NCBI GenBank assembly: GCA_040776945.1 | Contig: JAXGZN010000002.1 | Location: 32,001 to 96,000 of the forward strand | Origin: Methanomassiliicoccaceae archaeon | Lineage (GTDB): Archaea > Thermoplasmatota > Thermoplasmata > Methanomassiliicoccales > Methanomassiliicoccaceae | Direction: 5' to 3' | DNA: 64,000 bases | In this document: piece by piece, positions 50,268 to 60,800 of the stretch | Layout of the letters: each line of letters starts with the position of its first letter | Numbering within the stretch: position 1 is the stretch's first letter | Notes under the pieces: model-generated | Databases searched by the model: none | Told to the model about the DNA's origin: nothing | The model's input: only the letters and a program-made list of their open reading frames with translations | Position numbers and translations under genes: made by a program

Positions 50268-50354
50268 TCAGACCAAGGCCGTGATAAGGAGCGTCGCGCA
50301 TCCGATTATCACGATAAAGCCCCTGGCTATGTTCAACCCCCGTTCTTTCTTCAC
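50268..50354 (-). CDS. Candidate 28-aa single-TM small protein
   Basis: GTG-start MKKERGLNIARGFIVIIGCATLLITALV with G-rich RBS-like sequence upstream; fills the XPD-bud32 gap. Confidence 0.4.
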   Translation of the reverse strand: MKKERGLNIARGFIVIIGCATLLITALV

Positions 50355-50428
50355 GATATTCCCCCCATATGGGAATATATGCCAAGGCCCATCTCATAAA
50401 TCTTTCCATTTATATTTCGGATAGGATA

Positions 50429-52243
50429 TTATCTCTTGGCCTTGGTAGCCGAGAAGAACTCCTCGATCCTAGCGGCAGCGTCATCGTCCACGAAGATGTC
50501 CATGTCCGAGGGGAACGCATTTCGCACCTGAGGGAGCGAGTATCGGTCATCAAGGAGAACGATGACCGCCCGGTCGCTCTCGGACCTGATGGCGCGCCCT
50601 GCGGCCTGCAGGACCTTGGCCACCGCCGGGTACACTTGAACATAGAGGTCGGCCTTCTTACGTCCATAAGCTCCCTCCATGCGGTAGAGCATCCCCTCCA
50701 TCTCCCTGGACGGCGGTGCCAGAGGGAGGCCGACCACGACCACCGAGCTCAACAGGTTGTCCCGGAAGTCCACTCCCTCGGACAGCGAGCCCCCCATGGT
50801 GCCCAGCAGAAGGTTCCTTCCTTCCCGGAGCTGCAGGACCATGGCCTCCTTCTCGTTCTTCCCATGCTCCCGGCGCTCGGCGAGGATGCGACGGTCCCTG
50901 ACCATTGCCGCCAGGTAGCCCTCTACCTGTCCCAGGAGATCATAGGAAGGGAAGAACGCCGCCACGTTGCCGGGCACCTTGTCCGCGCACCGGGCGATCT
51001 CCTCAGCGATCGAAGAGAACATGGCCTGTCCGCGGGAGCGGTAGCGGGTAGAGACCTTGGTGGAGGCGAGCACCAGGCGGTTCTCTTTTGGGAACGGGGA
51101 TGGATACGCGCGGCAGACGGCGTTCCTGGCCCCAAGGAGGTCGGCGAACATCTCCGGAGGATGCAGGGTACCGCTCATGATCAGAGCGCTCCGCACCCTC
51201 TCGAGCACCGGTGCGATTATCGGACGAGGGTCCACCAAGCTCACCTTGAGCCTTGGCGGGTCGCCGTCAAGGTAGCGCACCGTGGCCTCGTCGGCCGCGC
51301 TCCAGGAGTGCAGGAAATCTACCAAAGCCCCTATGTCAGCGCCCTCTCCGGCGGCGGCCTCGATCTCCTCCGCCAGGCCCCCGGCGTCGACCCCGCAGGA
51401 CTCCATGAGCGGACGATCGATGTCCGCACCGGCGATCCTCTCGGGGCCTCTGCGGCAAAGGCCTCGGAACACATCGGCCAGGAGGTCGAGGTCCTCGGCA
51501 AACTGCTTGAGGGAAGGAAGCGCCCTGACCCGCTCTATCGTTCCGGCGGCCAGGCCCCCGCTGTTCGCCCCCATGACCCTGGAGGGAAGGTTGTGGGCCT
51601 CATCGATCACCAGGACCGCTTCTGACTCCTTCCTCCCGAGCCGCTGCAAGATGTTCGGTCCTCTGCAGAACATCTGGTTATAATCACCGATGATCAACTG
51701 GGCCTCGGTCGCCGAGCGCATGGCTAGACGATGTGGGCACTGCCCCGTCCGCAGGCCCAATCGCATCGATTCTTGGACGTTTAGCGGGTAATCGAGGAGT
51801 AGGTCGTCCTCTTCGTCGTTGTCTCGAGAGAAGAAGCAGCGGTGGCCCCCCGCGCAGGGCACGCGGCTCCCGTCCCTCCTCGCCAGGCACATGTCCTCTC
51901 GCGAGATCAGGTCGACGACCCCGATCCTCCGCTTCCGCCATATCCCTCTCGCGGTCTCCACCGCTATCGCGTGCTGGCTCTGGCGTGAGGTGAGGAAGAG
52001 GGCCACACCGTCCGAGGCCAGGGCCGTCTCTACGGCCGCGGTCAAGGCCACCGCGGTCTTTCCCAGTCCGGTGGGGGCGTAGGCAAGCAGATGGTTGCGA
52101 TGTGCCATGCACATCCGGGCATCTTCCAGGAAGCTCTCCTGGCCCTCGCGGACCGCATCATGTGGGAATAGCCCTGACGAACGTTCCTCTGCCGGGTCCT
52201 GATGAACTGCGCAAGCTTCCATGTACGGGCCGAGGGCCGTCAT
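50429..52243 (-). CDS. XPD/Rad3-family Fe-S DNA helicase
   Basis: APTGLGKT, four-Cys Fe-S region, IDEAHN, SGTL, SEGVDF, QAAGRAIR. Confidence 0.92.
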   Translation of the reverse strand: MTALGPYMEACAVHQDPAEERSSGLFPHDAVREGQESFLEDARMCMAHRNHLLAYAPTGLGKTAVALTAAVETALASDGVALFLTSRQSQHAIAVETARGIWRKRRIGVVDLISREDMCLARRDGSRVPCAGGHRCFFSRDNDEEDDLLLDYPLNVQESMRLGLRTGQCPHRLAMRSATEAQLIIGDYNQMFCRGPNILQRLGRKESEAVLVIDEAHNLPSRVMGANSGGLAAGTIERVRALPSLKQFAEDLDLLADVFRGLCRRGPERIAGADIDRPLMESCGVDAGGLAEEIEAAAGEGADIGALVDFLHSWSAADEATVRYLDGDPPRLKVSLVDPRPIIAPVLERVRSALIMSGTLHPPEMFADLLGARNAVCRAYPSPFPKENRLVLASTKVSTRYRSRGQAMFSSIAEEIARCADKVPGNVAAFFPSYDLLGQVEGYLAAMVRDRRILAERREHGKNEKEAMVLQLREGRNLLLGTMGGSLSEGVDFRDNLLSSVVVVGLPLAPPSREMEGMLYRMEGAYGRKKADLYVQVYPAVAKVLQAAGRAIRSESDRAVIVLLDDRYSLPQVRNAFPSDMDIFVDDDAAARIEEFFSATKAKR

Positions 52244-52495
52244 GCATACCGTTCATTGCTGCTAACCGTAAGCTAAGTCGGGGCCGATCAACGCGACAAT
52301 ACTGACATTTGCGGCATCAAGCAAGGTGATGGACAGGGAGGTGCAGACCTCTATCCTCTGCACGCGGCGATCGGAGAGAGGCCGTGGCCGCCATTATCGC
52401 CGCTCCTCTTGTTCCCGAGGGAAGGGCTCAGCGGCCTCCATCGACCACGCCCTTGTGGAGAAAGTTTATCATCATCGAACAGGTTTTTTGCGACC

Positions 52496-53167
52496 ATGGA
52501 CAAGCTCCCGTTCGGGTGCGACAGCCTCGACGCCATCCTGGATGGCGGCGTGGAGTCAGGATGCATGACCCTTCTCTACGGGGAGGCAGGGACCGGCAAG
52601 ACGACCCTGTGCCTGATCCTCGCCCGGGACATGGCCAAGGCCGGGAAGAAGGTCATATATCTGGACACCGAGGGCGTATCCATCGAACGTCTCCGGCAGA
52701 TCGCCGGTCCGGACTTCGAGACCGCGGCCAAGAACATCCTGTTCTCGAACATCGGCAGCTTCGATGAGCAGGAGAGGATGGTGGACAAGGCGATCAAGCT
52801 TGCCCAAAGCAATGTGGACGTCGGAATGATCATAATCGACTCAATAAGCATGCACTACCGGCAAACGAGCAGGGAGGAGGACCGCGCCGATCGCCGCTCG
52901 CTTGCCGGGCAGACAACAAAGCTGACCAATGTGGCCAGGGAAAAGTCGCTGCCAGTGGTGGTCACCTCCCAGGTCTATACTGACATAGAGACAGGGACCT
53001 TCGAGGCGCTAGGCGGGCACGCCCTGCATCATAACGCCAAGCTGATCGTCCGAGTTGACAAGGCACGCTCTGTCGGAATGAGGAGGGCGGTGCTGATGAA
53101 GGCCCGTCATATGCCCGAGGGGCTGGAGGCCGATTTCAAGCTGACCTCGAACGGCATAAGCTGCTAG
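52496..53167 (+). CDS. radB: DNA repair and recombination protein RadB
   Basis: GEAGTGKT, YLDTEG.S.ERL.QI, KARH basic patch; no N-terminal HhH. Confidence 0.93.
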   Translation: MDKLPFGCDSLDAILDGGVESGCMTLLYGEAGTGKTTLCLILARDMAKAGKKVIYLDTEGVSIERLRQIAGPDFETAAKNILFSNIGSFDEQERMVDKAIKLAQSNVDVGMIIIDSISMHYRQTSREEDRADRRSLAGQTTKLTNVAREKSLPVVVTSQVYTDIETGTFEALGGHALHHNAKLIVRVDKARSVGMRRAVLMKARHMPEGLEADFKLTSNGISC

Positions 53168-54165
53168 ACCTTGCGACCGACCGCAAATCCGATGAGGCCG
53201 CTTAGAAAATCCCGCTCGGCAGATGGGGGCAGGCACTCGAGCTGCTCCTCGGCCTTGGCGGCGTAGTCCTGAGCGGTCTTTCGGGCATGCTCTATGGCCC
53301 CGCAATCATGCAGCACGTCGATTGCATCCTTGATCTCCTCCTGCGTGGCCTTTTCATTTCCCAGCGCCCTTGTGAGCTTGGTCCGCCGGGGATCATTGCG
53401 GTCCATGACCCTCAGCGCGTGGAGGACGATGAGCGTCCGCTTGCCGTTGCGGATGTCGTTGCCGACCGGCTTGCCGAGCTGCTTCTCGTCGCCGGTAAGC
53501 GCGAGGATATCGTCCCAGACCTGGAAGCCCATGCCGAGCAGGCGGGCGTAGTCCTTCATCCGGGCGATCTGCTCCTCAGTTCCGCCGCCTATCAGCGCCC
53601 CCCCTTCGGCGGCGCATTCGAACAGCACGGCGGTCTTCTTGTAGATCATGGCCATGTAGTCATCCATGGACACCTGTTCCACCGGGATTTGCTCCATGTC
53701 CATATCGTCCTGCTGGCCCTCGGCGATCACCCAAACGGTGCGGGCCGTGTTGCGGATCAATCGGTTGACATGTTCAGGGGGAGCGTCGGTGTCGGTGATG
53801 ATCTCGAAGGCCCTAGCGAACAGCGCGTCGCCGGCGATGATCGCCGTCGGGACATCGAAGAGCACGTGCACGGCCGGGCGCCCGCGCCTCATCGAATCGT
53901 TGTCCATCACGTCATCGTGTACCAGCGTGAAGTTGTGGATGATCTCCAGCGCGCTGGCGAACGGGACGGCCTTCTCCGCGGCCCCTCCCACGGCCTCCGC
54001 GACCACCTGGGCCATCATGGGCCTCAGGCGCTTGCCCCCGGCGATGGGGTAATGCCTCACCGCCATCATCAGCTTCTTGTCGTCCCCGCCATCGAGATAG
54101 GACATGACCTGTCCATCGATTATCTTCGCTCTCCTGGTGATCTCCTTGACCACGTCCATGATCAT
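53164..54165 (-). CDS. idsA: Geranylgeranyl diphosphate synthase (polyprenyl synthetase)
   Basis: GGKRLRP, HDDVMD..RRG (FARM), GQQDD, KTA, FQVWDDIL (SARM). Confidence 0.9.
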   Translation of the reverse strand: MIMDVVKEITRRAKIIDGQVMSYLDGGDDKKLMMAVRHYPIAGGKRLRPMMAQVVAEAVGGAAEKAVPFASALEIIHNFTLVHDDVMDNDSMRRGRPAVHVLFDVPTAIIAGDALFARAFEIITDTDAPPEHVNRLIRNTARTVWVIAEGQQDDMDMEQIPVEQVSMDDYMAMIYKKTAVLFECAAEGGALIGGGTEEQIARMKDYARLLGMGFQVWDDILALTGDEKQLGKPVGNDIRNGKRTLIVLHALRVMDRNDPRRTKLTRALGNEKATQEEIKDAIDVLHDCGAIEHARKTAQDYAAKAEEQLECLPPSAERDFLSGLIGFAVGRKV

Positions 54166-55223
54166 ACCTCCTTCTCCATCGAGGCCCACTCTCTGGTGGC
54201 GCCGGTGATGATGTGCTGAGCGTTACCAAGCTCCCTGACGTTCTTCGAGCCGGTGAGGAACATGGCGATCCTCATCTCTTCGATGATCAGACCAAGCTTC
54301 TCCTCGACCGCCCTGGGGGACTCCAGCGCTTCCTTCAGCACGGCGCGGGCCACTCCTGAACAGTCCGCCCCTACCGCGATGCCCTTGGCCGCCTGCAGGC
54401 CGTTCTCGATCCCTCCGCTGGCAATGATCGGCAGACCCACGTCGGCCCATATGACCGACACCGGCGCGGGAATGCCCCATTCTCCGAAGGTATCGGCAAT
54501 GCGCATGCATTTCCGGTCGCCCATCTTGGCGGCCCTCCGCCCCTCGACCTTGGAGAAGCTTGTGCCCCCTGCCCCGGCCACGTCCAGGCCTCGGACGCCT
54601 ATGCCCTTGAGCCTCAAGGCAACTCGGCGCGAGATGCCCGCTCCCGTTTCCTTGACCAGGATGGGCAGTTCCCTGGACAGGGAGCGGATGCCGTCATAGC
54701 AACCCTTGGCATTGGTGTCGCCCTCCGGCTGGGCTATCTCTTGGAGGAAGTTCAGATGAACGGCCAGCAGGTCGGCGTCGATCATATCTATGGCCTCGCG
54801 GGCATCGTCCAGGCCGAAAGCGCGCTTGTTCTTCTGGTTTATGAGCTGCGGGGCCCCGATGTTACCGATGCGGAGCGGCACGTCGTACTCTTTCACGACC
54901 TCATAGCTCTCACGCGGGCCGTGCTCCAGTGCCGGCCTTTGGCTCCCGACGCCCAGGGCGATGCCCAGGTTGGCGCACGCCTCCGCCAGGTTGCGGTTCA
55001 CCCTCTCTCCCTGAGAATGGCCGCCAGTGATCGCAGTGACCATCAATGGGCATGACAGCTTTCGGCCGAAGAGCACGGTCGAGGTGTCCACCTCGTCGAG
55101 GTCCACCTCGGGAAGGGCATCGTGCACCAGCTTCACGTCGTCCCAATGGTCGAACGCCGACACCACGTCCTCTTCCAGGGACACTTTGATGTGCTCGGCC
55201 TTCCTCTGTTCGATACCCTTCAT
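54162..55223 (-). CDS. fni: Type 2 isopentenyl-diphosphate delta-isomerase
   Basis: RKAEHI, AITGG, GVGSQR, HLNFLQE..QPEGD, VKETGAG, AGAGGTS. Confidence 0.96.
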   Translation of the reverse strand: MKGIEQRKAEHIKVSLEEDVVSAFDHWDDVKLVHDALPEVDLDEVDTSTVLFGRKLSCPLMVTAITGGHSQGERVNRNLAEACANLGIALGVGSQRPALEHGPRESYEVVKEYDVPLRIGNIGAPQLINQKNKRAFGLDDAREAIDMIDADLLAVHLNFLQEIAQPEGDTNAKGCYDGIRSLSRELPILVKETGAGISRRVALRLKGIGVRGLDVAGAGGTSFSKVEGRRAAKMGDRKCMRIADTFGEWGIPAPVSVIWADVGLPIIASGGIENGLQAAKGIAVGADCSGVARAVLKEALESPRAVEEKLGLIIEEMRIAMFLTGSKNVRELGNAQHIITGATREWASMEKEV

Positions 55224-55993
55224 TACACCACCACTCTCGTGCCCAAGACCTCTTCGCCCCTCATCGCCGCGGCGAGCCGGCCGGGGACCAGGCCATTTAT
55301 CACCATAGAGCTCTCCCCATGGGAGGCGATGCGGAGCATGGTCTCGATCTTTCCGAAGATGCTTCCGGTCACGTCCGCGCATCGCTGGGTCCTAGGCAGG
55401 GAGCCCAGCATGGCATGGTCCACGACCTCCAGCAGGCGCGCGGATGGGTCCATCGCGGGATCGGACGTGAACACTCCGTCGACATCTGAGCAGAAGATAA
55501 TCCGGCCGGGCCGAAGCTCTCGGGCCAGTGCCTCCATCATAAGGTCCCCGGAACATATCCCGAACCCTCTAGCGAGGTCCAATGCCACGTCCCCGAAGGT
55601 CACCGGGGCGATCCCCAGGTCCAAATATCGGCGGAAGACGTCCAAGTCCACGCTCTCCATCCTGCCCTCCCTTAATCTGACAAGGACGGAGGGCGGCAGG
55701 GACACGGCCGGCAGACCAGAGCGCAGAAGGGCAGACATCACTGCCAGGTTGAGCGCCCTGACGTCCTCCATCACCTTTGAGGCCGCCATTTTCTGCTCTT
55801 CCTCGCGGTAACCGTCCTGGATGCGATGCTGGGAAGCGATCACATGGCCGAACGACCCGGCCCCGTGGACTATCACAACACGCTCTTGAAGGCTGGCGAT
55901 CTCGCCGGCGAGACGGTCCAAGACCTCCTCACGAAGCACTCTGTAGTTCCTCTTGTCGGTGATGACGCTTCCGCCCAGCTTAACCAGCAGCAT
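55223..55993 (-). CDS. Isopentenyl phosphate kinase
   Basis: VKLGGSVITDK, VHGAGSFGH, SGD, DVTGSIFGK; adjacent to fni. Confidence 0.92.
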   Translation of the reverse strand: MLLVKLGGSVITDKRNYRVLREEVLDRLAGEIASLQERVVIVHGAGSFGHVIASQHRIQDGYREEEQKMAASKVMEDVRALNLAVMSALLRSGLPAVSLPPSVLVRLREGRMESVDLDVFRRYLDLGIAPVTFGDVALDLARGFGICSGDLMMEALARELRPGRIIFCSDVDGVFTSDPAMDPSARLLEVVDHAMLGSLPRTQRCADVTGSIFGKIETMLRIASHGESSMVINGLVPGRLAAAMRGEEVLGTRVVV

Positions 55994-56088
55994 GTGGTAC
56001 GGCGGAACATGACCAGGGGCGTATAAAAAAGGTGCGAACCCGGCCATCGCCGGCCGCCGGTCCCCTGATCTCGGGCCAAGACCCTGGC

Positions 56089-56853
56089 CTACTGCCCGTT
56101 AAGCCTGGCCCCACACTTGCGGCAGAAAGCATCATCGGCCATGGTCTCAGAGCGGCAGGAAGGGCAGCTTCGAGGGCCCAAGGGACCATTGAGACCGGGC
56201 GTGGCCTTGCCGGAGGGGCCGAGCTTGATCACGGTGGAAGGATAGCTCTTCGCCCCGGCCTTCGTTGTCGGCGCCAGGCAGCGCTTCGCTCTCATTGCCT
56301 CCCCCAACGCCCCACAATAATCCTCACGGGCGAAGCATTCCTCTGCCCTGCTAAGGCATGTGCGCGCGTCAGCTCTCGCCCCGTCCCCGGCGTCGGACAG
56401 CATGTCCCTGACCGAATCCATCATGAACTTCGATTCAAGGTAGTTCGCCGGAAGCTTGCGAACAAGGTTGGCCGGCACCTCATCGCTCTCCCCCTTCTTC
56501 GGGGCAGGAGGGGGCATGGAGGTCAGGTCCTTCTCCTTGCACGTCATCAGCACCTTCTTCGCGCGGCCGGCTAGCTCTATGGCATCGAGGAACTCCCTCC
56601 GTTCATAGGCGCTTTCCGCCTTATAGATGAGGACGTCGGCCTCGGTGGTGTCCCTCCCGTTCTGGCGGAGCGATTCGGACACCGCCTTGGTGGTGCACAC
56701 CGCGTTGTACGCGTCATCACGCTCCAGGGCGGCATCCACCTTGACCTTCCTCCGGCCTCTAATGTACCTGAGCTCCAGCAACGCCACCGCTGCTGCGGCT
56801 ATCACGATGGTGATGAGCACGAGCGTCTCCAAAGGGATGTCCATTTCAAACAC
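56089..56853 (-). CDS. Membrane-anchored helical-repeat protein with C-terminal Zn ribbon
   Basis: N-terminal TM; two AE..(Y/F).R.....A...A.RAK repeats; CPSC...CRKCG. Confidence 0.75.
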   Translation of the reverse strand: MFEMDIPLETLVLITIVIAAAAVALLELRYIRGRRKVKVDAALERDDAYNAVCTTKAVSESLRQNGRDTTEADVLIYKAESAYERREFLDAIELAGRAKKVLMTCKEKDLTSMPPPAPKKGESDEVPANLVRKLPANYLESKFMMDSVRDMLSDAGDGARADARTCLSRAEECFAREDYCGALGEAMRAKRCLAPTTKAGAKSYPSTVIKLGPSGKATPGLNGPLGPRSCPSCRSETMADDAFCRKCGARLNGQ

Positions 56854-56931
56854 CGGGACGCGTGATAATTATATGGGGGGCTAAAACAATTTGCTGTACA
56901 GTTAGTCGAATTTGTAAGTGAGAGGAAAAGT

Positions 56932-57052
56932 GGCTGACAGCGTTCCACGGTTCCCGCGGGCTCGCGCACCGCAGTACAGCGTGGAACGCAGGCGGGCTTA
57001 ACTGCCGGGTTCGAATGGGACCGGGTGTATCCCCGCCGCTATGGCCGTCACA
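56932..57052 (-). rRNA. rrf: 5S rRNA, not linked to 16S/23S
   Basis: GACGGCCATAGCGGCGGGGATACACCCGGTCCCATTCGAACCCGGCAGTTAAGCCCGCC...GCTGTC; TTTATA box about 25 nt upstream. Confidence 0.95.
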
Positions 57053-57106
57053 CCGATTCTCGGAATATGCCCCATGTATAAAAGCATTATTGTCTTCGGC
57101 CGGAAC

Positions 57107-57835
57107 CTACAGCAGAAGATATGCGGCCGCCGCAGCCAAGCTCCCTGAGGCCATGGCAATGAAGTTCACTTGGAGCTTTCCCACCAGCCCTCGGTTCTCC
57201 AGGGTGGCCCCGATCACGCTGTCCACCATGCAGCCCACGACACCCATGGCCGCCGGGATCAATACCAAGAGGTCGAACGGCCGGTTCATGATCACCAGCC
57301 AGCCGACGTAGGATGCGACCGCCGAGGCTAGGATGCACCATAACGTTCCGTTGAGCGACACTCCGCCGTTGGTCCCAGGGGGAACGCGCTCCCACGTTGT
57401 AATCATGTAGGTGCGCTCGGACAGAACCCCAAGCTCACTGGCCGTGGTGTCAGCAGCTGCCACCGCCACCGATGATATGTAAGCGATAGCGGCCAATGTC
57501 GAACCTTGCGCGCCGGCGGCGAAGGCAACAATGGCCACGAGCGCGGGGACCAGGCCGTTAGCGAGCACGTTGCGATAGGTGCGCTCGCCCCTTACCCCTT
57601 CTTGGAGCCCTCTGCTTTCCTTGATATGGAAACGAAACCTTGTGACCGCGAAGCCAAGCAAGGTGAAGGCTATCAGGGTGAGCAGCCAGCCGATGTCGCC
57701 TAGCCCGCCGATGACCATTCCCATGATGAAAGAGGCGGCCGCACCGCTGCCGGTCAGCAGCCCCAAGCGATAGGAGAGCACCGACAGTACCGAGCACAGA
57801 GCGACTACGACGGTCAGGCCCTCCAGGCTAACCAT
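57107..57835 (-). CDS. DUF92 (TMEM19-like) membrane protein
   Basis: R...NVLANG, AADTTASELG, VPPGTNGGVS..G, DSVIGATLE. Confidence 0.9.
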   Translation of the reverse strand: MVSLEGLTVVVALCSVLSVLSYRLGLLTGSGAAASFIMGMVIGGLGDIGWLLTLIAFTLLGFAVTRFRFHIKESRGLQEGVRGERTYRNVLANGLVPALVAIVAFAAGAQGSTLAAIAYISSVAVAAADTTASELGVLSERTYMITTWERVPPGTNGGVSLNGTLWCILASAVASYVGWLVIMNRPFDLLVLIPAAMGVVGCMVDSVIGATLENRGLVGKLQVNFIAMASGSLAAAAAYLLL

Positions 57836-57896
57836 GCACGGTAAACGGTGCATTCGGTTATTAACATTGCCAGGGCAGCGAACCACCGGTCCAGTT

Positions 57897-60800
57897 TCAG
57901 GCGGCCGGTTCGCCAGCGCCCTCCACTGCGTCCTCGCTCCGCGCCTTTGCCTTCTCCACGGTGCCGCACTTCGGGCACTTCGGCTCACTGGCCGGATATG
58001 TGGTCTCACAGTATGAGCATACGGTCATCTCCACAGGAGGTGCGCTCTCCTTGCCGATGAACGGGATGCTGGGCATAATATCCCTAAGACCGGTCCTCAG
58101 CAGGGGATCGGTCTCGTCCTTTATGCCCCGGACCTTCTCTAGGTCCCCATCCCATCCAGCCAGCGCCTCATAGTAATCGTTCTCCGCCTTGGATATGGCC
58201 TCCCTCATCCGCTGGGGCACGCGCCCTTCGCGCTTGCCGTGAAGCACCACCGCGAGGTATATGTGGTCCCCCTTCTCCACCAGCACCTTCTTCTCCCCGA
58301 AGTCCATGCGATTGAGGCCCGTGGAGGCCTCGTCCTTGAAGGAGTCCTTGACGAAGTTCTGGATGGCCACCAGCATGCTCCCCAGGATCTGGTCGTCCAC
58401 CCCGGGCTTAAGCCGCCGGGTCTGGTGGGCCATCAGGTTTCCGTCGTTATATATGATGAAGACGTCGTCCACCACCATCCGGGCCCTGTGGTACATCAAG
58501 GAGAACGCACCGAGGACCGCGCCTGCGCATAGTAGCAGGTAGATCAGCAGTGAATCAGGGCGGTCCGTCAGGCTGATGCCCATGATCGCGGATTTGATCC
58601 CAATGCCGTCGCTGTCCACCGCCTCGATGTAATAGGTCAGGCCGGCGGTCACGTCCGCGGCCGGTATGGTGGCGACATAGGTATCAGTACCGCTCACCCT
58701 GCTCATGATCAGGGTCTTGGTCTCATTGTTCGACGTGTAGACCAGCAGGACGCGGTCGACGCCGGACGGGTCAGTGACATTGACCTTGATGACCAGGTCA
58801 TCGCCGCGGTAGACCTGGGATGCCAGCATTCCGCTGTCCAGCAGGATGGCGGGCGGACTGCTGTCAACTACAGCCCTGTATGTAGCGCTGCCTACGAGGC
58901 CATGCTGGTCCATTACCTCCAAGATCACTATGTATGTGCCATCGGCGGTATAGTTTTGGACGACCCGTGTCTCGTTGCTGAAAGGGGTCCAGCCATGGAT
59001 GTCCCCGAAGTTCCAGCGATATCTTAGGCTCGAATTGTCAGTGGCGGTGTCCCAGCTCCCGCTGGCATCGAAGGTGAAATTGCCATAGCCCTCCATGTTG
59101 ACCTTGATGTCAGCGACCGGCCGGGCGTTCATGATGTAGACCGTTAGATACTCCTCAACGAACGGATTGAGGTTGTAGTTGCGCACGCAGACGGTGTGCT
59201 CGCCGGGCGTGCTATACGACCAAGTGGTCTGATTGATGGTGATCCCAGTGTTCGCCTTGAACCCGGCGACAACATCATAGTCCATGTCCCAGACGAAACC
59301 GACCATGGGGGCACCGCCGGACGTGGTCCTAAGCTCGAAGAGGATCTCCTGGTCCATGAAGAAGCTTGTTCCTCCGCCGTTGGCCGCAAGCCCCTCGATG
59401 GGGTTCGTGCCCTGGACAACGCTTAACATCAGCGTGGCGTTAGACGCTCGTCCCGTCGTATCGGTGACGGTGAGGGTGATGTTGTAGTAGCCCGGAAGGG
59501 CGTATGAAACGCTGACGTCAGGCTCGGTGCTGGTGCGGCCATCTCCCAGGTCCCAGGCTCTTGATCTGACGCCATTGGGCACGTCGGAAACGTCCTGGAG
59601 GTAGATGGTCTCACCCTTCAGGGGGCTGAACTTGGATGCCCATATCCTCGCCTCCATCGGCTTGTTCACCGTCACCAGGAAATCGATCCGGTCGGCAAGC
59701 CCGGAACGGTCGGTTACGGTGAGGGAGCAGCTGTAGGCGCCCTTCTCCGTATATTGATGCCGAACGAACTTCAGGTCCGAGGTGTTTCCGTCCCCGAAGT
59801 CCCAGCGGTAGATCAGGGAAGACAGGTCCGACGCGGAGTCGGTGGAGTTGGAAGCGTCAAAGCTCACCGTCTCCCCGACCTCAAGGATCGCCGGAGAGTA
59901 CCAGAGGTTGGCATCTGGAGCAAGGTCCTTCTGCAGCCAATAGCTCAGTGCCTTGGAGGTCGAGGAGGATGCCGCTATGTCCACGCGCCCGTCGCGGTCG
60001 ATGTCCGCGATCGCGATCCCGCTGGCCACCCCTCCGGCGGTCATGTCGAAGGGGTTGGAGAAGATCATCGATCCCCTGCTGAGCCATATACCGATCTCCG
60101 CGATCGATGAGTACCGCACCGCCAGATCATCCTTCCCGTCGTCGTTGAGGTCGCCCGAACGGACCTGGGCGGCGGCCCCCGGAAGCGTGATCGAGGCGGT
60201 AGGCAGCGATGAGGCTGTGAAACCTGCTCCGGTGTTGCTGAAGATCTTGATCTGGGCAGAGGTGGTGGTTACCGCCACGTCGTCCCGGCCATTGCCGTCA
60301 AAGTCCCCAACAGCGATGGAGGTCGGCGTGAATCCCGGCGTCAACAGCGAGGCGCTATAGGAACTGTCGTAGCAGTCTCCAATCGAAGGCGATCCCTTTA
60401 CATAATACAGCTCGATCCTTCCGCTATTGCTATTAAGGGCGGCGATGCCTGAGCCGGCTCCGCTGGGATCGATCGAACCGAACGCGACATCCACTCGATT
60501 GCCTGGATAGCTCGTCCCGATGACCTCATGCACCGGCGATCCGGACAGCGGACCATAGATCACATCGATATTATCGTGTCCACCGACCACAAGGACGTTC
60601 TTTCCTATCGCCTCGAGCCTGCCTCCAGTGAGAGATAAGGGCTGGGTCAGATGCGGACCTAATTGAAGCTCCACTGGTGAAGCGGAAGACATGAAGTTAC
60701 CAGAGCCCTTGAGGGCCCACACCCGGTCTTCGCTCTGGAACGCAACAGCCAGATCGCCGATGCCGTCTCCATCCAGGTCCCCAATGAACAAGCTGGTGGG

